64,000 nucleotides of DNA from NCBI GenBank assembly GCA_964409875.1, contig CAYPEN010000002.1, forward strand, positions 65,067-129,066, written 5' to 3'. Numbering within the stretch: position 1 is the stretch's first letter; every line of letters starts with the position of its first letter. Position numbers and translations under genes: made by a program. Of the stretch, positions 49,467-57,982 are shown in pieces. Source of the stretch: an uncultured Gammaproteobacteria bacterium (GTDB lineage: Bacteria; Patescibacteriota; Microgenomatia; Levybacterales; GWA1-39-11). The notes under the pieces were generated by a model. It was not told the DNA's origin, did not search any database, and was given only the letters and a program-made list of their open reading frames with translations.

Positions 49467-50261
49467 ATGGATGAATTTTATGTGTCTATTGCGGGTTTTT
49501 TAATCAGGTTGCTTTTTAAGAAAGATGATCGGAAAAATAACCAACAGGAAATTATTATCTACAAACTCCAAACTGAGATTCTCCATACTCTAGCAGGGTT
49601 TGTGTCTGTTGTTACTAGAAATCCTGACTTTACAATTACCATCTCAGAGACCAAGGATGTTGAACGCATCAAGAGGAAGTCGGATCAACATAATTTTATC
49701 TACCAGTATCACAGAATTGATGACAGAAGAGCTTGTGGAAATTACCAAATGAGCATCTGGCATTTTCAATCGATGCTTGCAGACATTTTATATTTTCTGC
49801 TTTCTGAAAACGATGGATTTGGCATACACTGTTCCTCGGTCTATTCTGGAAATAAAGCATATCTATTCTTGGGAAATTCTGGTGCCGGAAAATCTACTAT
49901 AGCAAATCTTCTGAATGGTTATTTCCAGCACTTTACGGACGACATCGCATTTGTTAGAAAGATTGATAAGAAGTATTATCTCTATCAATCACCCTTTCTT
50001 GAGAAGGAAAACAATATTAAATTTCCCTATGGATATGAGATCTCACAAGTCTTCTTCCTGCATAAAAGCAACACGACATGCATCAAAAGGTTAAAGCAAA
50101 ACAAGATTGTAACAAGATTGACAAGACAAGTGCTATCAGACGGTAACTTACCCAAAAATATCCGTAAGACAGTGGAACAATTCGCTTCGCAGGATGTTTT
50201 CAGTGAACTTTACTTTGAAAAAGACCCACAAAAATTGAATGATGTATTGAGGAGGATTTAG
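49467..50261 (+). CDS. HPr-kinase C-terminal-domain-like P-loop protein (HprK-related kinase)
   Basis: GIHCSSVYSGNKAYLFLGNSGAGKSTIANLLNGYFQHFTDD parallels HprK hGVlv...G.GvLi.G.SG.GKSE.AleL...G..liaDD. Confidence 0.65.
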   Translation: MDEFYVSIAGFLIRLLFKKDDRKNNQQEIIIYKLQTEILHTLAGFVSVVTRNPDFTITISETKDVERIKRKSDQHNFIYQYHRIDDRRACGNYQMSIWHFQSMLADILYFLLSENDGFGIHCSSVYSGNKAYLFLGNSGAGKSTIANLLNGYFQHFTDDIAFVRKIDKKYYLYQSPFLEKENNIKFPYGYEISQVFFLHKSNTTCIKRLKQNKIVTRLTRQVLSDGNLPKNIRKTVEQFASQDVFSELYFEKDPQKLNDVLRRI

Positions 50262-50271
50262 TTGAAATATT

Positions 50272-50469
50272 CTAATGGCACATTGCACCGCATGGTCCTG
50301 TAGGAAAGCACATAGCACCCGAGGTTCCAGAACAAGATCCGTAAGTAATAGCGTATACATTCGGGATGATTGAATTGTATGAGTCATTAAACCTGCCGTT
50401 TGCCATGAATTGATTGATTTTAATCTTCTTAATCTTTATTGAAGGTTTTATGTATTTTTTTGAACCCAT
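50272..50469 (-). CDS. RiPP precursor peptide (TOMM/LAP-like): Lys-rich leader + C-terminal core SCSGTSGAMCFPTGPCGAMCH
   Basis: 65 aa (or 44 aa from internal Met); core contains 4 Cys, 3 Ser, 2 Thr, 5 Gly in 21 residues; lies 63 bp downstream of YcaO on same strand; TATAAT 8 nt upstream of ATG. Confidence 0.7.
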   Translation of the reverse strand: MGSKKYIKPSIKIKKIKINQFMANGRFNDSYNSIIPNVYAITYGSCSGTSGAMCFPTGPCGAMCH

Positions 50470-50532
50470 ATGTTGTTAAAGCATTATACCCATAATACAG
50501 AATCTTCACCCGGTGGTCAAATTGAGTATCCC

Positions 50533-51801
50533 CTATAAGAAGGGATGAGGGATTTGATTTATTTTCACATTTTCAGCTCTAAAGAAATCAGCAACCTGCT
50601 TAAGCCTTTTCCTGTTAACAAATTTCTTTTGTTTTTCAAACAGGTATAGAGGTTGTAAGTTAGGAATTAAAATTTTATATGTTACATAATTAATTTTTTT
50701 TAACTGTCTGGCACTTATATCAGCACAAAATATTTCATACCCTTTTTGGCTCAATATTTTTACAACATGCTCTAATTCTTCTTTTTCCGATCCCTGAAAT
50801 TTTGTCATTCTTTTTTTCGATGGTTTTTGTGAAAATAGAAAATCAAGCTTGTCAATCGCCTCAACCGGCCACCAGTAAAATCCACGTTCATGCAGCTCCT
50901 TCATGAACTTGCCCTCGTTTTTAACTTTTTCGCCATTTAATGACGATAGTTTTGCAGCTCTCATGATACTTCTTACCATAAAAGATTCATCAATACTTCC
51001 TTTTATCGCATTTATGCAATTGAAACCCGCTTTCGCCCCTACCGATACAGCGGGGCCAAGTCCAGTCCTGTCAACCAGTATCGATATGAACGATGGGATG
51101 CCCAAATCATTGGTGGCATCAAATATAGATAGCTCCAAATTATACCGTTTAATCGACTTTAAAACAGACAAAAGATCTTTATCTTTTTGTTCATTAATAT
51201 CAATCATAGGTAGCCGTATGGAATTTAAATACGCACAAACAAAAGCGTCTCTCTCAATTACTTCGTAAATACCTCTTAATACTGATGACTCGAAGTTAAA
51301 GCCTCCAGCTGCACCTGTACTTACGAGAGGATATCTATAATCTATTTCCTTTCTGGACGATTTATAATTTAGATAGACAAGCTTTGCAGGAATAACGGTA
51401 GTATTTTTTTTCATAAGATTAATCCCCTCGATATAGCTGACTAATCCATTTTCTCTTATTACCGGAGAAAAAGCTGACAATGGAAATTTGCGATGAAGCC
51501 AGTTGTCGGCTTTTATGTGTTTGACCTTTTTTTCCTTGTAAGATGACAGAGAATAGCGTTCTATAGTCTCACCTAAACATTTCAGAAGAGCGATTTCTCG
51601 GTTGGAAAGCGACACGCCACTTGCACCTAATTCTTTATCGAGATAACCGTCAGTGTGTTTTTGGCTAAGTGCTAGCTTTGCGAAGTAATAATAGAACCTC
51701 GGATCATCATTGAAATATTTTGCTTCACCTATTGACTCCAAAATCCCTAGATCCAATAAACTATCGAGCATTTTTTCCATAGTATTTCTCATATTATTCA
51801 T
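50533..51801 (-). CDS. YcaO-domain cyclodehydratase (SagD-like)
   Basis: CLGETIERYS, STGAAGG (ATP-binding), EVIERDA, and C-terminal proline-rich PHPFL terminus typical of azoline-forming YcaOs. Confidence 0.9.
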   Translation of the reverse strand: MNNMRNTMEKMLDSLLDLGILESIGEAKYFNDDPRFYYYFAKLALSQKHTDGYLDKELGASGVSLSNREIALLKCLGETIERYSLSSYKEKKVKHIKADNWLHRKFPLSAFSPVIRENGLVSYIEGINLMKKNTTVIPAKLVYLNYKSSRKEIDYRYPLVSTGAAGGFNFESSVLRGIYEVIERDAFVCAYLNSIRLPMIDINEQKDKDLLSVLKSIKRYNLELSIFDATNDLGIPSFISILVDRTGLGPAVSVGAKAGFNCINAIKGSIDESFMVRSIMRAAKLSSLNGEKVKNEGKFMKELHERGFYWWPVEAIDKLDFLFSQKPSKKRMTKFQGSEKEELEHVVKILSQKGYEIFCADISARQLKKINYVTYKILIPNLQPLYLFEKQKKFVNRKRLKQVADFFRAENVKINQIPHPFL

Positions 51802-51863
51802 CCTTATTAGACTAGAAAAACATATTAGGAGAATATGTATCTTTATGCAAGGGTCAAGAGGGG

Positions 51864-52451
51864 TTAAATTCGAGTTATAGTCAATTCATTTAAAAAGTCC
51901 GGGTATCTTTTCATTAATGATGTGTTAATTTTTATTATTACTTTATCTCCGGGTTTCAAGTCATTAACTTTAATAGGTATATCATTTCCGGCCTTTTTTT
52001 CAAAAACGTGCACTCTATTCATGTATTTACCTCCCACATAATATGGAACTTTATAAGAATCCTTTAAGGATGGGTCATCATAATTTAAAGTAATGGAAAA
52101 TGCATATGGTGCATTTAATCTGGGAGCAATTCCACCCTTCACATCAACGTCTCCAATATAACCCTCATATTCGAGCACCGAATAAGCTTGGTGTAATTTT
52201 TTAAAATCGGATAGTTTTTGTAAAAGAGTTGTCCGCGAAGAATAGATTTTTAATTGTTGATCGTAACTTGTCCCATTATTATCTTGGGTCTGGTGCCATG
52301 GTAAATATGAAGCTATATGAATGACCCCAAATCGGTCCAATACAAAAATTGCAATTGCAATCACACTTAATATCACTAAAACTTCATATATCAAGGCCCT
52401 TACCCCTACCGCTCTTTTCCTGGTTTCGCTTTGCATACTAAAGTTTTCCAT
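51864..52451 (-). CDS. Membrane-anchored hypothetical protein (paralog B of tandem pair)
   Basis: N-terminal TM; C-terminal DLKPGDKVIIKINTSLMKRYPDFLNELTITRI shared with neighbour. Confidence 0.5.
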   Translation of the reverse strand: MENFSMQSETRKRAVGVRALIYEVLVILSVIAIAIFVLDRFGVIHIASYLPWHQTQDNNGTSYDQQLKIYSSRTTLLQKLSDFKKLHQAYSVLEYEGYIGDVDVKGGIAPRLNAPYAFSITLNYDDPSLKDSYKVPYYVGGKYMNRVHVFEKKAGNDIPIKVNDLKPGDKVIIKINTSLMKRYPDFLNELTITRI

Positions 52452-52452
52452 A

Positions 52453-53046
52453 TTATTGTTTGGTAATTAAAACTTGGTTGATATTATTGGGATAGGCACG
52501 AAGAGTTCCTGTATTCGTCCTAACTGTTACTTTATCACCGACCCTCAGATCTTTCAAACTTATCACCTTTTTCAAAGAATCTACAACCTTTATCTTATCC
52601 ATTGCTAATGTAGGATAAAGAAGTGTTGCACTTTCTGAACCCTTACCTACTCCTACTACTAACTTTGCACTTATAGAAGCTTTCGTTGCGGTATCCACTT
52701 CAGGGTTCAAATCTATTGTTATTATTTTCCCTTCAAATTCACTGATATTTTGAGCCATATGTAAAGCTTTATTTCTAGAAACAATATTTAAGTCTGGCTG
52801 GGCTGGATTTAGCTTGATATAATTTTGTTTCTGACTTAGCCTCTGATTGTCGAATGAATTAGGCTTTATTTTTGCATTTTGACTAGGTTGGAAATTAGGT
52901 TTTCGTGCAAAAAGAGCATATATATCTATGATCTTCAAAAAATTGAGCATAAAAATAACAATGCTTGTCAAAATAAGGATTATTGCAATCTCAATTATTG
53001 CAGCTTTCAAAATCCCGAAAGTTGTTGTCGAAGTATTATTTTCCAC
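52453..53046 (-). CDS. Membrane-anchored hypothetical protein (paralog A of tandem pair)
   Basis: N-terminal TM; C-terminal LKDLRVGDKVTVRTNTGTLRAYPNNINQVLITKQ; stop abuts start of paralog B. Confidence 0.5.
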   Translation of the reverse strand: MENNTSTTTFGILKAAIIEIAIILILTSIVIFMLNFLKIIDIYALFARKPNFQPSQNAKIKPNSFDNQRLSQKQNYIKLNPAQPDLNIVSRNKALHMAQNISEFEGKIITIDLNPEVDTATKASISAKLVVGVGKGSESATLLYPTLAMDKIKVVDSLKKVISLKDLRVGDKVTVRTNTGTLRAYPNNINQVLITKQ

Positions 53047-53119
53047 TTTATCTCATTTTAAGTATTAAAATAAGCAAAAGTCAATCGAATTTGAATTCAT
53101 TGACGCTGCATACTTTTTT

Positions 53120-53554
53120 GTGTTAGGCTGGAATATAATGAAACGCAAACAACAAGCAATGCTTATCCGCATTTTCTTTAGCATAGTTATATTATCAGTC
53201 CTCGCTATATTAGTTATTCCCAAAAATAATTCCACACAACCCCCTCAGCAAAAAAGCTTGATGCTATCCAAAAAAACAATAGTTGTACATTCCATTACTC
53301 TTACCTCAAGAGGTTTTGAGCCCTCAAAAATTACTATCAAAAAAGGGGAAATTGTAAGATGGACCAATCATAGCGGTAAGACGGGAAGTGTCAATTCTGC
53401 CGAACACCCTACTCATATGCTTTATCCGTTTTTAAATTTAGGACAATTTGATAATAATTCAAGTGTTCAAGCAACAATTTATCGGACTGGTGAACTTCGC
53501 TACGTCAACCATTATATCCCTTCCCAAAGGGGAACAATTATCGTAACCGAATAA
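53120..53554 (+). CDS. Membrane-anchored small beta-domain protein, possibly cupredoxin-like fold without Cys ligand
   Basis: N-terminal TM; ITIKKGEIVRWTNHSG...H...H pattern but no cysteine. Confidence 0.35.
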   Translation: MLGWNIMKRKQQAMLIRIFFSIVILSVLAILVIPKNNSTQPPQQKSLMLSKKTIVVHSITLTSRGFEPSKITIKKGEIVRWTNHSGKTGSVNSAEHPTHMLYPFLNLGQFDNNSSVQATIYRTGELRYVNHYIPSQRGTIIVTE

Positions 53555-53557
53555 AAA

Positions 53558-55606
53558 CTACCGCAGAACTCCTACTAACTTTAGCACGTAAGGCATGACT
53601 TGGGTTATTTGAGGCTTTTTAAAACCCAATTTTCTATTTGAGAGCAATACGCCGGGTACTTCGGTCGGGTCAAAAAGGTGATCCCCGCTCCATTTATAAG
53701 TTCTCTTTGTTATCACATCAGGAGTTGTCGCCCCTATCGCGCTGTCCCAGGATGAGCGCGTTCCTTTATAAAAACCTAAAATCAGATCAGGTGCGTAGTT
53801 ATCATCGGGTGAAACACCCATCTCTTCTCTTGTATAAACGTGCTTCATTATCTTATCTCCCGTTTGAGGATTTATCTCATCCATTAATTTTTGAATGATC
53901 TCTTTTTGTAACTCTCGTATATCTTTAGGATGAACTGATCCTTCTTCTTCGCGTCCTGAAATATTGAAAAACACACTGTTGTATCCTGCAGCATACGCTT
54001 TCGTCTTGCTCCAATCGACAGAATCATATAATGGTCCGGATTCATTTGCTCCCTCTCTTAATACCAAATAACCATTCTTGACCAAGAAAGTATTAACGTT
54101 CATTTCGTAATCAAATGAATAAAACCCATGATCGGAAAGTATCAGGAAAGTCGTATCCTTATCCATTTTTGCAATGGTCTGCCCTACTATCTCATCCATT
54201 TTTTCATAATACTGGTTTATCGTGTCATGATATGGACTGTTTTGATCTTTTAAAAATCGCCAGAACATATGAGAAATTGTATCCGGCATGCCAAAATAGG
54301 CAAAAAGGATTCCGTTGTTGTAAGAGGCAAGCTTTGAGTAATAAATTTTCTTTCTTTCGGCAAGAATTGAATCTGCTTGCTTAAGGAAAGCCTTTTCATC
54401 AAACACGTTCTCTTCCAAAGCCCAGGTGTCATGCGGAAGACCCAAAGTTGAGTACAACCCAAGCTCCTTTGAGAGTTTTGCAGAAAATCCTTTCGGTGCA
54501 GAAATAGGTTTTAAAGGTGTTTCAGGGTCAAAATTAATGGGTGACATATACAACTCAATGTCGGGAGATACACTTTTGAGGTAAAACTTGGCTATCCCTT
54601 TAACTTTTGTAAAGAAGTCTATGCCAAATTCCAAACGTTTCCAATCGGAAAACTCCCCTTTAGCAATTTTGAAAGTTTGCTTTTGAACGCTAATTTCAAC
54701 AGAAGAATCCTTAATAACCTTAATGGTAAGCGGAACTGTTGCTACTTTTGTATCGTTACCGCCATTATATTTTGGTCCCTCTATATTTGTATCTATTGTC
54801 TTTTTATATGAAACGGGAATTACTTTTCCCCTCCAGGTATAATCATTGGTCGGATACTTTCTTGTAGTAAAAAGCGTAAATGTTCCCTGAGTTCCAAGGA
54901 CATCGGGTACCCCCATTCCTGCAATCATCTCGCCAGTCAGTGATTTTGGCGGCTCGAAAGTATCGGGCAAAAATAAAACGGTAACTGGAACTTTGTTTGC
55001 GGTTGTCTTTTCCCAAAAAGGAGTTGCATGAAGTGTCGTTGTATTTTTGTCGTTGCCTGAAAAGACTAAATTTAGGCCGTAATTTGCAGGATCCCGCTCA
55101 ATAAAGTCATATACTCCGTGCTGTGAAGGATTCTCCCCAGTTATAAAACTCGCCCATGCAACTGGGGACTGAGGCGGAACAACCGTTGCAAGAGGAGAGA
55201 AATAGCCCGTATCTTTAAGTTTTTTTAAATTTTTAAACCTTCCATTTTTCCACCCTTCTTCAAGAATATTTGGGTCCATTCCGTCAAAACCCAATATGAT
55301 TACTTTTTTTGTTTGCTTGGTGCCCAACAGAGACATACCCCCAATTATACCAGCGAATAAAACAAGCAAAATAAGAACAACAATAACGCTCTTTTTTCTG
55401 AAAAACGGGAATATTTTATATCTTAAATAGAATAAGCTCGAACCCAAAGCTCCCAGTATAACAGCAAGAAAAATTGGAATATTTGAACCCAATACGTATC
55501 CTGACCCAGGGTCTATATAGTTTAAAATCAATTGTGGATTTGAAAGAAGGGTTGCTGTGTACTGCAATTGCACCTCGCTTGCTGCTATTTGACAAAGAGC
55601 GCACAT
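53558..55606 (-). CDS. Type I phosphodiesterase/nucleotide pyrophosphatase family (alkaline phosphatase superfamily) membrane-anchored protein
   Basis: VIILGFDGMDPNILEE...ATVVPPQSPVAWASFITG motif block; N-terminal TMs. Confidence 0.75.
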   Translation of the reverse strand: MCALCQIAASEVQLQYTATLLSNPQLILNYIDPGSGYVLGSNIPIFLAVILGALGSSLFYLRYKIFPFFRKKSVIVVLILLVLFAGIIGGMSLLGTKQTKKVIILGFDGMDPNILEEGWKNGRFKNLKKLKDTGYFSPLATVVPPQSPVAWASFITGENPSQHGVYDFIERDPANYGLNLVFSGNDKNTTTLHATPFWEKTTANKVPVTVLFLPDTFEPPKSLTGEMIAGMGVPDVLGTQGTFTLFTTRKYPTNDYTWRGKVIPVSYKKTIDTNIEGPKYNGGNDTKVATVPLTIKVIKDSSVEISVQKQTFKIAKGEFSDWKRLEFGIDFFTKVKGIAKFYLKSVSPDIELYMSPINFDPETPLKPISAPKGFSAKLSKELGLYSTLGLPHDTWALEENVFDEKAFLKQADSILAERKKIYYSKLASYNNGILFAYFGMPDTISHMFWRFLKDQNSPYHDTINQYYEKMDEIVGQTIAKMDKDTTFLILSDHGFYSFDYEMNVNTFLVKNGYLVLREGANESGPLYDSVDWSKTKAYAAGYNSVFFNISGREEEGSVHPKDIRELQKEIIQKLMDEINPQTGDKIMKHVYTREEMGVSPDDNYAPDLILGFYKGTRSSWDSAIGATTPDVITKRTYKWSGDHLFDPTEVPGVLLSNRKLGFKKPQITQVMPYVLKLVGVLR

Positions 55607-55632
55607 AGACCTACATTATATACTACAAAAAT

Positions 55633-56301
55633 ATGACCCTTCAGGATAAAATTGCCAAAACCAAGCAGATTTTAAAACAGGCTGAGAAGAAGTATGGCTT
55701 CAAAGATATTGCCCTTGCCTGGAAAGGTGGAAAAGACACAACAACCCTTATGCATATCATCCTGACTCTATATAATGGCGTTATTCCGTACAAGGTTATG
55801 TTCAATGACACGACAATAGAATTTCCGCAAATGTATAAATTCATTGAAAAAGTTGCCCACCAATGGAATTTGAATTTAATAATAGAGAAACATTCAGATA
55901 GTGACCTTGCAAACTACAAAAAAGCCCGCGGAATGGCCTTAAAGGAAGAAATCTCACGGCTCGCAAAAATCAATTCACTCAACAGAGCGTTGGAAAAGTA
56001 TAAATTAAAAGGTTATATGCTGGGAATACGCCGTGACGAAAACCCAGCAAGGAAAAATGAAAAATACTTCTCTCCTCGTCCAAACCACATAAGAATTCAC
56101 CCGTTACTTGAATTTACCGAGGAAGACGTGTGGGCATATATCCGTCTTTTCAACGTCCCTTACTCACCACTCTATGATAAAGGCTACCGCTCAATAGGCG
56201 AAAAACCTTTTACAAAAAAATCCTCGGGTGATGAGCGTTCCGGACGGGAACAAAATAAGGAAAAAATGATGGAAAAATTACGACAAATGGGATATTGGTG
56301 A
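55633..56301 (+). CDS. PAPS-reductase-family PP-loop protein lacking C-terminal catalytic Cys
   Basis: ALAWKGGKDTTTLMHI PP-loop; LGIRRDENPAR; C-terminal YRSIGEKPFT has no Cys in place of the CysH Cys motif. Confidence 0.7.
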   Translation: MTLQDKIAKTKQILKQAEKKYGFKDIALAWKGGKDTTTLMHIILTLYNGVIPYKVMFNDTTIEFPQMYKFIEKVAHQWNLNLIIEKHSDSDLANYKKARGMALKEEISRLAKINSLNRALEKYKLKGYMLGIRRDENPARKNEKYFSPRPNHIRIHPLLEFTEEDVWAYIRLFNVPYSPLYDKGYRSIGEKPFTKKSSGDERSGREQNKEKMMEKLRQMGYW

Positions 56302-56302
56302 A

Positions 56303-57949
56303 TTACTTAATAAGTTTTTCCACCTTCAAAAACTTTAAAATTTCTCCCACACATACTTTAACGCTATGGTTTGTGGTATCAAGTATAATTTCAGGTGCAA
56401 GAGGCTTTTCGTAAGGGTCGTCTATTCCTGTTAAATTCTTAATCAAACCCATCTCAGCCTTTTTATACAGTCCTTTCGTATCCCTTTTTTTACATACGGA
56501 AAGTGGCGTTGAAACATATGCTTCGGCAAAAGTCCCAACCTGGGAAACAATTTCTCTCACCTCATCCCGCACCTTTCTATACGGCGCAATCGCCGCAACG
56601 ATTACTACCCCCTGGTGTTTTACGATTTCACCTGCAACAAACCCAATACGCCGAATGTTCTCGTCCCTATCATCCCTTGAAAACCCGAGGCCTTTTGTCA
56701 AATGTTTTCTAATAATATCCCCGTCAAGAAGCGTAACCGGCTTGTTGTACCTATCCATAAGCACTAACGATAGACTTTTTGCAACTGTTGATTTGCCTGC
56801 ACCTGAAAGACCGGTCAGAAAGACACAAAAACCCTTTTGCCTTTTAACTCTTCTCTTGAGGATTTTAATAACAGGTGGAAAAGAAAACCATTCCGGAACT
56901 TTTTCGTCTTCTCTTAACATCTTTCGAAATTGCGTCCCGGAAATCCGCTTGATGGCTTTCGCATCTTTGTTTTTGGCTGAAACTTCAACATATTGCTTGT
57001 TCTTTTCATCGTAAGCCATCTCGTTAAATTCAATAATTTTTATTCCAATCTCTCTGGCGTATTTTTGCGCAAGCTTTTGGGCATCGTAAGGCTCATAGAA
57101 AAGATTACCGTGACTATCTGTTCCGGGATCTGCATGGGACCGTCCGACAATAAAATGTGTACAACCATAGTTTTTACGGATAATTGCGTGCAGGATAGCC
57201 TCTCTTGGTCCTGCCATTCGCATCGCTAATGGCAATAGGCTAAGGGTAGAAAAATCCTTGGCGTATTTTCTTTGAATGATTTTGTAGCATTTAACTCTAG
57301 TTATATAGTCGATATCTCCGTCTTTCGTCTCCCCCACCGAAGGATGGATAAGAGCGTGTGCTTTTTCTTTTTCTGCAGCCTTCTTTATCATCCAGAAGTG
57401 AGCCTGATGAATAGGATTTCTTGTTTGAAATCCAATTACTTTCTTCCATCCTCTTTTCTTAAAATATTTCTTTAACTGCTGGGGTGTCTTTCTTAAATTC
57501 TTATAATCGTAGTGCTCAATAGAGCCCAATTTTTCAACTTTTCCACCAAGATAGTACTCATTTGTCCTTTCAAACAGATATTTGACTCCAAAATGTTCTT
57601 TTGAATCGGTTCCATACACCATTTGTGCTTCCTTTTTCTTGTCCGGCTTGTAGATAGACTCAACATGAAGTGTTGCAACCGGCTTTTCGGAAAGGTCGCA
57701 AAGTAGTACTTTTTGTCCAACATTAAAACCAGCTAATCCCTCTACATCCAAAACGATAGGAATTGGCCATAGAATGCCGTTTGAAAGGCGCATTTGGCTT
57801 ACAACAGAGCGGTAGTCGTCTTCGTTAAGAAATCCTGTCAAGGGGGCAAATCCGCCGTTTAGAATCAATTCTAAATCACAAAGCTGGCGGGTAGACAGAA
57901 AGATTTTAGAAAGAAAAGCCTCTGATGCTTCTTTCTGTAACATATTCAT
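56303..57949 (-). CDS. sat/cysC: Bifunctional sulfate adenylyltransferase (ATP sulfurylase)/adenylylsulfate kinase
   Basis: N-domain QTRNPIHQAHF and GRSHADPG motifs; C-domain Walker A LTGLSGAGKSTVAKSL of APS kinase. Confidence 0.9.
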   Translation of the reverse strand: MNMLQKEASEAFLSKIFLSTRQLCDLELILNGGFAPLTGFLNEDDYRSVVSQMRLSNGILWPIPIVLDVEGLAGFNVGQKVLLCDLSEKPVATLHVESIYKPDKKKEAQMVYGTDSKEHFGVKYLFERTNEYYLGGKVEKLGSIEHYDYKNLRKTPQQLKKYFKKRGWKKVIGFQTRNPIHQAHFWMIKKAAEKEKAHALIHPSVGETKDGDIDYITRVKCYKIIQRKYAKDFSTLSLLPLAMRMAGPREAILHAIIRKNYGCTHFIVGRSHADPGTDSHGNLFYEPYDAQKLAQKYAREIGIKIIEFNEMAYDEKNKQYVEVSAKNKDAKAIKRISGTQFRKMLREDEKVPEWFSFPPVIKILKRRVKRQKGFCVFLTGLSGAGKSTVAKSLSLVLMDRYNKPVTLLDGDIIRKHLTKGLGFSRDDRDENIRRIGFVAGEIVKHQGVVIVAAIAPYRKVRDEVREIVSQVGTFAEAYVSTPLSVCKKRDTKGLYKKAEMGLIKNLTGIDDPYEKPLAPEIILDTTNHSVKVCVGEILKFLKVEKLIK

Positions 57950-57982
57950 TGCATAATACCATAAAAAAATCGTGATGCAGAA

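Noticed and set aside
45183-50261. Lasso peptide cluster (because of PqqD + HprK-like + nucleotidyltransferase)
   Set aside because: No Asn-synthetase-like lasso cyclase or transglutaminase-like B2 protease in the locus. Instead YcaO + SagB and a Cys/Ser/Thr-rich precursor are present, so a TOMM/LAP-type or hybrid pathway fits better.
53120-53554. Blue-copper cupredoxin (plastocyanin/azurin-like) call
   Set aside because: The fold-like strand pattern and His residues are present, but there is no cysteine ligand, so a type-1 copper site is impossible; retained only as a low-confidence cupredoxin-like fold.
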